Assembly: GCA_965208835.1 (NCBI GenBank)
Contig: OZ242358.1
Coordinates: forward strand, 3,968,001-4,032,000
Reading direction: 5' to 3'
Length of the DNA: 64,000 nt
Source: Candidatus Latescibacterota bacterium
GTDB lineage: Bacteria; Latescibacterota; UBA2968; GCA-2709665
The notes under the pieces were generated by a model. The model made no database searches. It was not told the DNA's origin and was given only the letters and a program-made list of their open reading frames with translations. The position numbers and the translations under genes are program-made. Position 1 is the stretch's first letter. Each line of letters begins with the position of its first letter. Below, piece by piece: positions 22,393 to 32,796 of this stretch.

Positions 22393-23808
22393 ATGCCAAA
22401 ACGGAACCTGTTGTTTTTCGGTGTGGACAGCCTCTGGGCCGCCCACATGAGCTGTTACGGATACGGACGGTTGACGACCCCCTACGCGGACCGGCTGGCC
22501 ACGCAGGGGGTGTTATTCGAGAAAAACTACAGCCCGCATATCCCGACCACCTCCGCCTATGCGTCGATGCTGACCGGCATGGATTGTTTTTCCACGCAGG
22601 TCGTGGCGCTGCGCCACCAGGGCGGACTAAGGCCCGAAGTGAGGAGTCTCCCCGAGATTCTGCGCGGTGCCGGATACGATACGACTTGCGTCGGCTTCAC
22701 GGGCAATCCCAGCTCACGGGGGTTCGACCGGTATCTCGACTACGAGGCCTGGGGCTCATGGGAGCAACGGCCCCTTCGCAAGGCCGAGTGGCTGAACGAC
22801 GTTACCATTCCGGAACTGGAGCGGCTCGCCGCCGCCGACCGGCCCTTCTTCCTGTTTCTGCGTCATATGGACCCTCATGCGCCTTACCTGCCGCCCTCGC
22901 CGTACGATACGATGTTTTACAGCGGCGACCCGTGCGATCAAGCCAAAACGTCGATGGAACCGGTGCGGAATTTCAAGCCGTTTCGGGACTTTCATCTCAG
23001 CTGGATGCCGCCCGGCATCACCGATGCGGACTACGTGATCGCACAGTACGACGGCGAGGTCGCCTATATGGACGCCTGCATCCAGCGCATCCTCACCCGA
23101 TTGGAAGAACTGGGTCTGGCCGAAGATACCCTGGTCGTATTCAACGGCGATCACGGAGAGACGCTGGCCGATCACGATTGTTATTTCGATCATCACGGGA
23201 TGTACGACTGCACCCTGCACGTTCCGCTGATCCTTCGTCTCCCTGGCGTGCTACCCGAAGGACTGCGCGTGAACGGCTATACGAGCCATGCGGATCTCGC
23301 GCCGACCCTGTTGGAACTTCTGGATGTGCGCTCAGAGATCGAATTCGACGGGGATAGCCTCCTGCCGCTGATTCGTGGACAGCGGGCTTCGAACCGGGCG
23401 GAGTTTTATATCACGGAGGCCACGTGGATGCGCAAGCACGGATGGCGCACGCCCGAGTGGAAGCTGATTGTGGCGCTGGAGCCCGATTTCCACGGAAAGC
23501 CCGAGGTGGAGCTCTACAACCTGGTAGCGGATCCCGACGAGAACGACAACCTTGCTGACACGGAACCCGGCGTCGCACGGATGCTGCGAGACCGCATGGA
23601 CGCCTGGATCGAAAAACGGGAACAGGAAACGGGCCTGACCAATCCGATGTTCACGAACCTGCAGTGGCACGGCACCGGGCACGAGGGCCCTTTCACGAGT
23701 TCGGAGGCGGCATACAACGCCCTCTACATCGGGTCGCCGAAGACGGCCAGGAAATTGCAGGCGCGCGACGCCGAGGAAAGCGATGAAACGCCAGGCGGTG
23801 AGTCGTAA
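22393..23808 (+). CDS. Sulfatase-like / alkaline phosphatase superfamily hydrolase
   Basis: GVDSL, TPYADRLA, PTTSAYASMLTG, DPHAPY, GDHGE, ELYNL.ADPDE. Confidence 0.85.
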   Translation: MPKRNLLFFGVDSLWAAHMSCYGYGRLTTPYADRLATQGVLFEKNYSPHIPTTSAYASMLTGMDCFSTQVVALRHQGGLRPEVRSLPEILRGAGYDTTCVGFTGNPSSRGFDRYLDYEAWGSWEQRPLRKAEWLNDVTIPELERLAAADRPFFLFLRHMDPHAPYLPPSPYDTMFYSGDPCDQAKTSMEPVRNFKPFRDFHLSWMPPGITDADYVIAQYDGEVAYMDACIQRILTRLEELGLAEDTLVVFNGDHGETLADHDCYFDHHGMYDCTLHVPLILRLPGVLPEGLRVNGYTSHADLAPTLLELLDVRSEIEFDGDSLLPLIRGQRASNRAEFYITEATWMRKHGWRTPEWKLIVALEPDFHGKPEVELYNLVADPDENDNLADTEPGVARMLRDRMDAWIEKREQETGLTNPMFTNLQWHGTGHEGPFTSSEAAYNALYIGSPKTARKLQARDAEESDETPGGES

Positions 23809-23858
23809 CCCCGCTCCGGGTGGGCTTGCCGCCGTACCCACGATGAAGGAGAGTGAAA

Positions 23859-24956
23859 ATGAGCGACGGATTTCCGCTCCTTGAGGTTTCGGGATCGCCC
23901 CTGAATCGCGGCAGGGCGCACGGAGAGGCGTTCCGTGAAGAAATTCGCGCGTTGATTCCGGTCTATTTTGACTACCTGGAGCGTACGAGCCGGAATCATG
24001 GCGTACCTGTATTGAGCAGGACGCGGGTACTTGAAATCGCCGGGACCTACGCGAAGCCCGCGGAAGCCTATGCTCCGGACCTGGTGGAAGAGGCCGGAGG
24101 AATTGCCGATGGCGCGGGTGTGCCTATTGAGGAGATCATGGCGCTCAACGGCTTCCTGGACATTTTCGACTATCTCTCCCCGAACTTTATCGGGGCGGGA
24201 TGTACGACGTTCATGGTCCCTGATATGGAAGGCGGCGCACGTGCCGCCATCGGCCAGAATTACGACCTGGTGGAGATCTTCCAGCCTGCGGCAGTATTGC
24301 TGCAAATCACCGGTGCAGGACCGGACGCGCTCATGTACACGACGGCGGGAATGCTCGGGAGCGCGGGTCTGAACAGCGAGGGCATCGGCGTTGTCATCAA
24401 CAACCTCGTCCCCGGCGACGCCGGACCTGGCGTTCCCTACCCGTTCGTGATCAGGCGCATTCTCGCCACGGCTCAAATCGGAGACGCAATAGACGCCGCG
24501 GTCTCCTCTCGCCGGGCGTCCGGCATGAACTATGTTCTGTGCGACCGGCACGGGGAGATCTACAACCTGGAAACCACGGCCGCCGACTACGAGGCCACCA
24601 GCCCGTTCGACGGACCGATGGCGCACTCGAACCATTATCTGGCGGACCGCCTTATTCCGCTGGAGCGCCGCGCGAACGATCAGCGGGGCCAGAGCCTCGC
24701 GCGCTGGGGCCGGGCAACGCGGCTTCTGAACAGGTCTGCCGATCCGGATGCCGAGACGATCAAGTCGGCGCTCGGCGATCACGTGAACAGCCCCGTTTCG
24801 ATCTGCAGGCACAGCGTGGACGGTTGCGGGCAGACGATTTGCGGCATTGTTCTGGAGCCGTCAAATGGCAGAGCCTGGTTCGCCAGGGGGCCCTGCTGCG
24901 AACACGATTGGGTGGAGTACCGTCTGTTTGAGGTCGCGGGCCGTCGTGTCGCCTGA
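23859..24956 (+). CDS. Peptidase C45 / acyl-CoA:isopenicillin-N acyltransferase-like Ntn hydrolase
   Basis: RGRAHG, GCT autoproteolysis site, GQNYD, GLNSEG, HSNHY, ICRH. Confidence 0.85.
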   Translation: MSDGFPLLEVSGSPLNRGRAHGEAFREEIRALIPVYFDYLERTSRNHGVPVLSRTRVLEIAGTYAKPAEAYAPDLVEEAGGIADGAGVPIEEIMALNGFLDIFDYLSPNFIGAGCTTFMVPDMEGGARAAIGQNYDLVEIFQPAAVLLQITGAGPDALMYTTAGMLGSAGLNSEGIGVVINNLVPGDAGPGVPYPFVIRRILATAQIGDAIDAAVSSRRASGMNYVLCDRHGEIYNLETTAADYEATSPFDGPMAHSNHYLADRLIPLERRANDQRGQSLARWGRATRLLNRSADPDAETIKSALGDHVNSPVSICRHSVDGCGQTICGIVLEPSNGRAWFARGPCCEHDWVEYRLFEVAGRRVA

Positions 24957-25034
24957 CGGAAGTCGCCACCAGCCGCAGTTCCTGAACCTCCGATTGAACG
25001 ACGACTCACGACCCACCACCTGAAAGCTTCTGAC

Positions 25035-25736
25035 ATGGATGCGAAAATCGAACGCTGGTTCAGGGCGCCGTACGGGATGCCCAATGGAGTGCAGGCAACC
25101 GGCGACGGCATATGGGTGGTCGATCAGGTAACGGACCGGGCCGCGCTGCTGGACGTCTCGGATGCGGACGAGTACGGAATGCTGCGGCTGCGGACGGAAG
25201 TGCAGACCGAGTCGTCCAACACCAGCGGGATGGCCTGGGGTGAAGGAGCGCTTTGGCTGGCGGCCAACGGTTCGGCGGAGAAGTGGAGAACACCCCGTGA
25301 CACGGACGCGGATTCGGGCGAAATCCTGCGTGTGGATCCAGCGTCCGGAATCACAAAGGGGCGATGGCCGCTGCCGGGCGGCGGCGGCACGCACGGGCTG
25401 GAATACGATCCGTACGAGACCGGAACGTTGTGGCTGACCACGTTGAAAGACCAGACGCTGACTCAGGTGCGAATATCGGACTGGACGATTCAACGCGTGT
25501 TTCCCCTTCCGTACGGACGCGCACACGGCGTTGTTCGCGTTGAGAACGGGGTGTGGATAGTACACACTTCCGATCGGTTGATCGTAAAACTCGATCCGCT
25601 CACGGGCGATCAACTGGATTGCATCCATGTCCCGCCGTCAGATCCGGAGCCCCATGGGCTCTCCGGTTACGATGGCGGTTTCCTCTATTGCGACGCTTCG
25701 TCGGGATGGGTTGCAAGAATCCTGGCGGATGGGTAA
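25035..25736 (+). CDS. Beta-propeller protein (Vgb/glutaminyl-cyclase-like repeats)
   Basis: Repeated PNG/SGMAW/HGL-type blade motifs. Confidence 0.6.
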   Translation: MDAKIERWFRAPYGMPNGVQATGDGIWVVDQVTDRAALLDVSDADEYGMLRLRTEVQTESSNTSGMAWGEGALWLAANGSAEKWRTPRDTDADSGEILRVDPASGITKGRWPLPGGGGTHGLEYDPYETGTLWLTTLKDQTLTQVRISDWTIQRVFPLPYGRAHGVVRVENGVWIVHTSDRLIVKLDPLTGDQLDCIHVPPSDPEPHGLSGYDGGFLYCDASSGWVARILADG

Positions 25737-25776
25737 CACGGGTTGTTGCAGCCCGCGCGAGATACGGAAGAGAGTG

Positions 25777-28593
25777 ATGAAACACAAGGTGCTTTCTGTT
25801 AAGGGATCGACGCGGGGAACCGCGTATACGATGAGCAACAAGATCCTGACCCACGCGGGTAAGACACACGTGGCGTGGCTGGACCAGATCTGCAAGATCT
25901 ACGTGCGGACCTACCATCACAAGACCAGGCGCTGGGGAGTGCCGGTCTACGTGGGTACCGGGGACGACAACCACGCCGGAGCGGCGTTTACAATGGATTC
26001 GCGTGGCTATTTGCACCTGGCATTCGGACCCCATCACAATCCAATCCGTCACGTGGTGAGCAAGCTCCCCAATACCGCGACGTCGTGGATGGAGCAACCC
26101 TCGTTCGGAGGGACCACGGCGACCTATCCGAGCATGGTCTGCGACGCGGACGATACGTTGCACGCGTGTTACCGCGGATCGTACGCCGCGGAGCGGCCAT
26201 GGTCGCTGGTGTATCAGAAGAGGAAGAAGGGCGGCGCTTGGACGGACCCCGTCAAGCTCGTGGACCCCGAAGGACCGCCCGCATATACGCAATTCGAAAA
26301 CGCGCTTCACATCGACCGGCGCGGAACCCTGTATCTGGCGTATCATATCGTACGGGCCACCGATGCCGATTACGGCGACACGCGCGGCAGGGGGTTCGGG
26401 CTGATGCTTTCCCCCGACAGAGGCGAGAGCTGGCAGACTGTCGACGGACGCGCGCTCGACCTCCCCACAACCCCGGCTTCAACCTGCGTTATCGAATTCA
26501 ATGAAGGTCTCGACGTCCGCATGGGTAACGTCGTAACCGGCGGCACGGGAACGCCCTGCTTTACGCTGAATCGCAGGGAGAACGGCGCGGCGGAGACGTT
26601 CGTTTACACCAGAAGAAAGGACGACTGGCAGGTGGTCTCTCTGATGCCCCACTCGGAGCGGCTGTTCGGCGAATGCGAGATGTCGGACGTGTGCGCGCTC
26701 AGCATCGCGGACGACGGCGTCATCTACGCGGCGGGCCCGGTCTGTCGGCGGGGAGGCGGCTGGGCGGATTCCAGCAACGAGATCGCGCTGTTTACGTCGC
26801 GGGACGGCGGGGAGACGTTTTCGGGCTATAGGATATCGGCGGACGAACCGGACGCATCCAACTGGCTGCCGGCCCTCGAAAGGCAGACGGGACACAACCG
26901 TGTGGACGTACCGCGTCTGGTCTATACACACGGGCATATCGGCGAGGGATGCAGCCCGGATATCGATACGGAGATCCGGTATGTATCGCTGAACGGCATC
27001 GCGGAGGCGGAGGCAGCTGTCGCAGACGCCCGGGTCGCGGGCGCGGAGCAGTTGAGCGGAATCCGCTTTACAGAAGTACAGCGCGGGGAAATGAGGCGGG
27101 ACGTGGAGCAATACCGCCTCCGTTACAGGGAACTTCGCGAGGTGGACGTGGGCTACGACGTGAGCCCGTCGTCTGTCTTCCTGCCCGGCGTTGAGGCGCC
27201 GCCGTCCGGAAAACAACGGGCGTTCCGTTTGACCGCTTCCGCGGTCGAGCGACCGGCATCCGATGATGACCTGGCGTTTCTGCCGGTGGGCGCGCTGGCC
27301 CGTCTGGTGGAATCCCGCGAGGTTTCTCCCGTTGAACTTACCAGGCTTTATCTGAATCGACTCGACGCGTTCGGCGAAGCGTTGCACTGCGTGGTTTCGT
27401 TGACCGAAGACGTGGCACTGGCGCAGGCGAAGACGGCCGAGGCGGAGATCATGGCCGGTGATTACCGGGGGCCGCTGCACGGGGTCCCCTGGGGCGCCAA
27501 GGACCTGCTGGCCACAAAGGGAATCAGGACCACGTGGGGCGCCACTCCGTTCAAAAGACAAACCGGCGAAACCGACGCGGCCGTTGTGGAACGGCTTCGG
27601 GATGCCGGCGCGGTTCTCGCAGCCAAGCTCTCGACCGGGGCTCTTGCGATGGGGCCGCACTGGTTTGGAGGTATGACCCGGAACCCATGGGATATCCAAA
27701 CAGACTCAAGCGGGTCGTCGGCCGGACCGGGCGCCGCGACCGCCGCGGGCCTTGTCGGCTTCAGCATCGGTTCGGAGACACAGGGTTCGATCGTCTCGCC
27801 GAGCCACACCTGCGGGGTGACGGGGCTGCGGCCCACATACGGCCGCGTGAGCCGATACGGCGCGATGGCCCTTGCCTGGACCATGGACAAACTCGGCCCC
27901 ATGTGCCGCGGCGTTGAAGATTGCGCGGCCGTGTTCAGCGCGATTCACGGACCGGACGGGAGAGACCGATCCGTGGTGGACGCGCCGTTCAACTGGCCCG
28001 CAGCCCCGGATGTAACCGCACTGCGAATCGGATTGATCCAGCCTGAATTCGATGCCATCGATGATGCCGCAGACCGTGTTGTCTACGAGGCCGCGATTCG
28101 GACGTTCGAGGGTCTGGGATCGCGGGTCGAACCGGTGACGCTGCCGGAATGTCCGCACGGCGCGGTCTCGATGATGCTTTGCGTGGAAGCGGCGGCCGCG
28201 TTCGACAGTGCGACGCGGGCGGGCGAGCTGGATTCCATGATCGATGCGGACAAGAGTTCCTGGCCCACGGTACTTCGCAGCTATCGCATGGTGCCCGCCG
28301 TTGAATATCTGCGCGCGCAGCAGGTGCGTTCCCTGATGATTCGCGACATGGAGGAACTGATGGCGAATTGGGACGTGCTTCTGGCGCCCGGAAGAGGCGG
28401 GGCGAGCCTGACCGTTACCAATCTCACGGGCCATCCGGCCCTGACGCTGAAGTGCGGTTTCGTGGAAGGGATGCCACGGGGATTGACGCTGATCGGGAAC
28501 CTCTACGACGAAGCGACCGTTCTGGCCGCTGGCATGGCATACGAGCAGGCGACGGATTGGCATCGTCAGCATCCGAATGTCGGAAGAGGCTAG
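25777..28593 (+). CDS. Fusion of a BNR-4/Asp-box beta-propeller and an amidase-signature amidase
   Basis: N-half DDNH...GYLHLAFGPHH, ATYP, SPDRGESW, SRDGGETF; C-half GPLHGVPWGAKDL, SGSSAG, IGSETQGSIVSP, TNLTGHP. Confidence 0.8.
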   Translation: MKHKVLSVKGSTRGTAYTMSNKILTHAGKTHVAWLDQICKIYVRTYHHKTRRWGVPVYVGTGDDNHAGAAFTMDSRGYLHLAFGPHHNPIRHVVSKLPNTATSWMEQPSFGGTTATYPSMVCDADDTLHACYRGSYAAERPWSLVYQKRKKGGAWTDPVKLVDPEGPPAYTQFENALHIDRRGTLYLAYHIVRATDADYGDTRGRGFGLMLSPDRGESWQTVDGRALDLPTTPASTCVIEFNEGLDVRMGNVVTGGTGTPCFTLNRRENGAAETFVYTRRKDDWQVVSLMPHSERLFGECEMSDVCALSIADDGVIYAAGPVCRRGGGWADSSNEIALFTSRDGGETFSGYRISADEPDASNWLPALERQTGHNRVDVPRLVYTHGHIGEGCSPDIDTEIRYVSLNGIAEAEAAVADARVAGAEQLSGIRFTEVQRGEMRRDVEQYRLRYRELREVDVGYDVSPSSVFLPGVEAPPSGKQRAFRLTASAVERPASDDDLAFLPVGALARLVESREVSPVELTRLYLNRLDAFGEALHCVVSLTEDVALAQAKTAEAEIMAGDYRGPLHGVPWGAKDLLATKGIRTTWGATPFKRQTGETDAAVVERLRDAGAVLAAKLSTGALAMGPHWFGGMTRNPWDIQTDSSGSSAGPGAATAAGLVGFSIGSETQGSIVSPSHTCGVTGLRPTYGRVSRYGAMALAWTMDKLGPMCRGVEDCAAVFSAIHGPDGRDRSVVDAPFNWPAAPDVTALRIGLIQPEFDAIDDAADRVVYEAAIRTFEGLGSRVEPVTLPECPHGAVSMMLCVEAAAAFDSATRAGELDSMIDADKSSWPTVLRSYRMVPAVEYLRAQQVRSLMIRDMEELMANWDVLLAPGRGGASLTVTNLTGHPALTLKCGFVEGMPRGLTLIGNLYDEATVLAAGMAYEQATDWHRQHPNVGRG

Positions 28594-28749
28594 TGAGACA
28601 GGATCCACCCCTCCGAAATCGGTCCCTCGGACACTGAAATCGGGGCCCCGGTATTCACGTCCGCGGACCCCTGATCCCCATAGTTCCGGTTTTGCAGGTG
28701 TGTTTTGGTGTAAAATTCGCAACATCATCAATCATTGGAGGTCTGAAAG

Positions 28750-29832
28750 ATGGCAGAAGAATTCAGAGGCATGCCGTGCCGGCGGGTTGGGAACTCCGGT
28801 CTGTTCGTATCGGTCGTAGGGCTTGGCATGTGGAAATGGGGCGACCCCGTGTACGATGGATCCCGCATCGGTGACCACGAGGGGTTCAAGGTCCTGGACC
28901 GCGCCCTGGAACTGGGGGTCTTTCACTGGGATACGGCATGTTCCTACAACCTGGCATCGGGAAATTCCGAACGCCTGCTGGGGCGCTACTTCGCCTCGCG
29001 TCCACGGGCGGTCAGGGAGCAGGTGGTCATGGCAACCAAGATTCACAACCCGGTGCGCGCAGAGCACGCCATGGAGGCCGATTTTACGCCAAACCAGCTC
29101 GGCGCCTCCCGGACGTACATCCACTTCGGCGTGGACAAGTGTCTGGAGCGGATGCGGACCGACTATATCGACCTGCTCTACCTGCACCAGAACGGCACCG
29201 ACGAAGAAGGAAACTACCGGGTGCCCATCGAGGAAACCTGGGGTGCGTTCGACGATCTGGTCACGCAGGGAAAGGTGCGTTACCTGGCGGTTTCCAATCA
29301 TTCGGCGAAACAGATGGCCAACGTGGTAGCGGCGCTGGAAAGGGTGGGCAAGGACGTCTCCCGCCGGATCGTGGCCGTGCAGAACCGGTACAATCTCGTA
29401 CAGCAGGATGCGGTCGCGGCCGAGGACGGCGGCCGCGCGGCTGATTTGCTGAAGGCGGCTGCCAGGGCCGAAGTGGGCGTGATTCCCTATTATCCGCTCG
29501 CGAGCGGCCTGCTCACCGGCCGGTACCGCAAGGGAAGTCTGGAAGACGCCAGCGGTCGGATCATAGACGACGGCGACGAGGCCGAATTCTTGACGGAACC
29601 CTACCTGGAGGCCGTCGAAGGGCTGCTCGCGGTTGCTGAAGCGAAGGGGATTTCTCTGGCCCAGCTCGCCATCGCCTGGCTGCTGGCCAGAGAGCAGGTG
29701 CCGTCCGTCATCGCCGGCGTAACGGCGATGCGGCACCTGGAGGACAACGTGAACGCGGCAGGCGTGGTGTTGACGGACGACGAGATTGCGCGAATCGACG
29801 ACGTCGTGCAAGCCGCGCTCGGAACCGGCTAG
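28750..29832 (+). CDS. Aldo/keto reductase
   Basis: WDTACSY, ATK, DYIDLLYLH, GKVRYLAVSN, YYPLASGLLTGRY. Confidence 0.9.
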   Translation: MAEEFRGMPCRRVGNSGLFVSVVGLGMWKWGDPVYDGSRIGDHEGFKVLDRALELGVFHWDTACSYNLASGNSERLLGRYFASRPRAVREQVVMATKIHNPVRAEHAMEADFTPNQLGASRTYIHFGVDKCLERMRTDYIDLLYLHQNGTDEEGNYRVPIEETWGAFDDLVTQGKVRYLAVSNHSAKQMANVVAALERVGKDVSRRIVAVQNRYNLVQQDAVAAEDGGRAADLLKAAARAEVGVIPYYPLASGLLTGRYRKGSLEDASGRIIDDGDEAEFLTEPYLEAVEGLLAVAEAKGISLAQLAIAWLLAREQVPSVIAGVTAMRHLEDNVNAAGVVLTDDEIARIDDVVQAALGTG

Positions 29833-29904
29833 AAATTCTGTCTGAAGCGGCCGTGAGGCCGTGCCAAAAGAGCTGCTTTATCAACGGACCGCCGGGATCC
29901 AACC

Positions 29905-30765
29905 ATGCTCGTTGAACGGATTGTAACCTACGGGCGGATGATCAAGTTTTCGCACAGCGTCTTCGCCCTTCCGTTTGCGTTCAGCGGCGCCGCGCTGGCG
30001 GCGCTGCAAGCGGAAGTCCGCCCGGTCCAGGTGTTCTGGATCGCCGTGGCGATGGTGGGGGCCAGGAGCGCCGCGATGGGGTTCAACCGGCTGGTGGACC
30101 GGGAGATGGACGCGGCGAATCCCAGAACCGCGGCGCGCGAACTGCCTCTGCGCCGGATCTCTCCAGGCGCCGTGCGCGTGCTGGTCGCGATTTCCTCCGC
30201 GGCGCTTATACTGGCGGCCTGGAGGCTGAATCCCCTGTGTTTCGCGCTATCGCCCGTGGCCCTGGGCATTGTCTTCTTCTATTCCTATACCAAACGGTTC
30301 ACGTGGGCCACGCAGTTCTTTCTCGGCCTCGCATTGTCGGTTGCGCCGATCGGCGCCTGGATCGCGATTGCCGGAAGCCTGGACGCGGAGATCCTGCTTC
30401 TGGGAGGCGCCGTATTGGCATGGGTGTCGGGATTCGATATCATCTACGCCTGCCAGGACGTCGAGTTTGACCGCGGCCATGGGGTTCGTTCGATTCCGCA
30501 ACGTTTCGGCGTGCTCCGGGGGCTCGCCATCGCCCGGGCCCTGCACGCGATTTCATTTCTTCTGATGGTCGCGGTGGGGGTGCGTTTCGGGCTGGGAGTC
30601 ATCTACGCGGCAGGACTCGTCGTCGTGGCGGGGTTGATGGTGTACGAGCACCGGCTCGTGAAGCCGGACGACTTTTCAAGACTGAGCGTGGCGTTCATGA
30701 ACGTGAATGCCGCGATCAGCGCCGTCTTTTTCGTCTTTACTCTGGGAGACGTGTTGTGGCGGTGA
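29905..30765 (+). CDS. UbiA-family polyprenyltransferase (MqnP-like)
   Basis: MIKFSHSVFALPF, ARSAAMGFNRLVDREMDAANPRT, GFDIIYACQD. Confidence 0.88.
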   Translation: MLVERIVTYGRMIKFSHSVFALPFAFSGAALAALQAEVRPVQVFWIAVAMVGARSAAMGFNRLVDREMDAANPRTAARELPLRRISPGAVRVLVAISSAALILAAWRLNPLCFALSPVALGIVFFYSYTKRFTWATQFFLGLALSVAPIGAWIAIAGSLDAEILLLGGAVLAWVSGFDIIYACQDVEFDRGHGVRSIPQRFGVLRGLAIARALHAISFLLMVAVGVRFGLGVIYAAGLVVVAGLMVYEHRLVKPDDFSRLSVAFMNVNAAISAVFFVFTLGDVLWR

Positions 30766-31364
30766 ACCGGACAACGGTTGCGATAACCGGCGCCAGCGGG
30801 GCGATCTATGCGCTGCGCACCCTGCGCGCGCTGCTGATGAACGGAGATGAGGTTCATCTCATCGTCTCCGGATTCGGCTGGATGCTGCTTAGAGAGGAAG
30901 CGGGCTTCGAGGGAAAGCAGACTGAGCTTGAGAATTTCCTTGCGGACAGGTACGGCGCCGGAATTGCGAACGGACGCGTGATCGTCCACCAGATCGGCAA
31001 TATGGCGGCCCCGGTTGCCAGCGGATCCGTAGACCTGCGCGGCATGGTCGTCGTACCGTGTTCCATGAAGTACCTGTCGAACATCGCTCACGGCGCGTCG
31101 GGAAACCTGATCGAGCGGGCGGCGGACGTCACGCTCAAGGAACGGCGTCCACTGATACTGGTCCCCCGGGAAACGCCGATGAGCCTGATTCACCTTCGTA
31201 ACATGACCGCCGCCGCCGAGGCCGGCGCCGCCATCCTGCCGGCCATGCCGGCGTTTTACCAGAAGCCCGAGACCTTTGAGGACCTGGCGGATTTTATCGC
31301 GGGGCGGATCCTGAATCTTCTGGGCATGGAACACGACCTCTTCCCACCCTGGACAGGGCGGTAG
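30762..31364 (+). CDS. ubiX: Flavin prenyltransferase
   Basis: AITGASG, ASGS, VPCSM, RAADVTLKERRPLILVPRETP, PAFY. Confidence 0.93.
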   Translation: MNRTTVAITGASGAIYALRTLRALLMNGDEVHLIVSGFGWMLLREEAGFEGKQTELENFLADRYGAGIANGRVIVHQIGNMAAPVASGSVDLRGMVVVPCSMKYLSNIAHGASGNLIERAADVTLKERRPLILVPRETPMSLIHLRNMTAAAEAGAAILPAMPAFYQKPETFEDLADFIAGRILNLLGMEHDLFPPWTGR

Positions 31365-31387
31365 CGTCCATACGCGGGGACGGACGA

Positions 31388-32686
31388 ATGACCACGGACC
31401 TGAAACGACATATCGAGGAAACCGCGCTGGTCGACTCCCACGAGCATCTGCGGAAGGAATCGGAGTGGCTGAACAACGGCCCGGACATCCTGCAGGACCT
31501 GTTCGGAAACTACGTCCCGGCCGATTTGCACACGGCCGGCGCACCTCCAGCCGCCATGAAGCGGTTGATGGACGCATCGGACGCCGACGTCGCCGGGCGA
31601 TTCAATGGGATCCGCGAAGCCTGGGAAGCGACGCAGTTTACCGGATACGGTGAGGCGGTTCGGCTGATTGCCAGGCATGTGTACGACATCGACGTCCTGA
31701 CCTCGGATGCGCTCACGGACGCCCAGGAAAGGATCGGCGCACTGCGGCAGCCCGGCGAACGCCTTCGCATGCTGCGCGATAAGGCAGGACTGGATCACGT
31801 CCAGACGGACGATTTCCAGTGGGCCTGCCTCCCCGACGCTTCCGGCCTCGATTTTTTCCTCTACGACCTCTCCTGGGCAGGGTTCTGCAACGGACAGATC
31901 GATCCGGAGCAGATTTGCGCTGAGACGAACGTCGAGGTGACTGGGCTCGACTCCCTCCGGCAGGCGATGGCGGGCATCTTTTCCAAGTACGCCGGATGCG
32001 CGATCGCGGTGAAGGCTCAGCACGCGTACAACCGCACATTGAACTGGACGGAACGGGACGACTCGGAGGCGGCAACTGCGCTCGATAAGTTACTGAAGGG
32101 ACCGGACGAAGAAGCCCCGGTCCAGACGCGTCTCTGCCTCGGGGACTGGTGCTGGGCGAGAGGCGTGGAACTCTCTATTGAACACAACCTGCCGTTCAAA
32201 ATCCACACCGGATACTACGCGGGGAACGACCGCATGCCGGTGAGCCGGATCGCCGCGGGGAATATGTGCGCGCTGTTCGCACGATATCCGGACGCGCGTT
32301 TTGTCCTGATGCACATCGCCTATCCGTATAACCATGAACTCGTTGCGCTGGCGAAGCACTACCGCAATATCTGGGTCGATCTCTGCTGGGCGTGGAGCAT
32401 CGATCCATACAGTTCCAGGGACTTCCTGCGACGTTTTCTGCATGCCGTCCCCGCCAATAAACTGTTCGCGTTCGGGGGCGACACCGGATGGCCGACCGGT
32501 GCGCTCGCGTATTCCATTCAGGCGCGAAATGAAATCTGCCGCACGCTTGAGGCGGAGATCGAGGACGGATATATGACGGAGAAACAGGCGATCGACGTTG
32601 CGACCCGCATCATGCTGGAGAATCAGTACGCCTGTTTCGATATCGCCGGTACCCGCGCGAATATACGTGAGGCCGCCAATTCGTAG
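31388..32686 (+). CDS. Amidohydrolase superfamily protein
   Basis: VDSHEH, KIHTG, FVLMH.AYPY, FGGD. Confidence 0.8.
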   Translation: MTTDLKRHIEETALVDSHEHLRKESEWLNNGPDILQDLFGNYVPADLHTAGAPPAAMKRLMDASDADVAGRFNGIREAWEATQFTGYGEAVRLIARHVYDIDVLTSDALTDAQERIGALRQPGERLRMLRDKAGLDHVQTDDFQWACLPDASGLDFFLYDLSWAGFCNGQIDPEQICAETNVEVTGLDSLRQAMAGIFSKYAGCAIAVKAQHAYNRTLNWTERDDSEAATALDKLLKGPDEEAPVQTRLCLGDWCWARGVELSIEHNLPFKIHTGYYAGNDRMPVSRIAAGNMCALFARYPDARFVLMHIAYPYNHELVALAKHYRNIWVDLCWAWSIDPYSSRDFLRRFLHAVPANKLFAFGGDTGWPTGALAYSIQARNEICRTLEAEIEDGYMTEKQAIDVATRIMLENQYACFDIAGTRANIREAANS

Positions 32687-32728
32687 CTCCGAGTTGGCAA
32701 CGCAGTTACGTTTCTTTCGTTGAACAGT

Positions 32729-32763
32729 AAAAGCCGCCGGCTCCCTGCTACCGGCGGCTTTTG
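32729..32763. terminator. Bidirectional intrinsic terminator
   Basis: AAAAGCCGCCGG-loop-CCGGCGGCTTTT between convergent genes. Confidence 0.75.
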
Positions 32764-32796
32764 TTGTAACTTATCCGGATGTCTCGGGCGTCCGCG

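Noticed and set aside
29905-31364. ubiA-like plus ubiX without ubiD as an unusual pathway
   Set aside because: This pairing is common in quinone biosynthesis, and the decarboxylase may lie elsewhere in the genome
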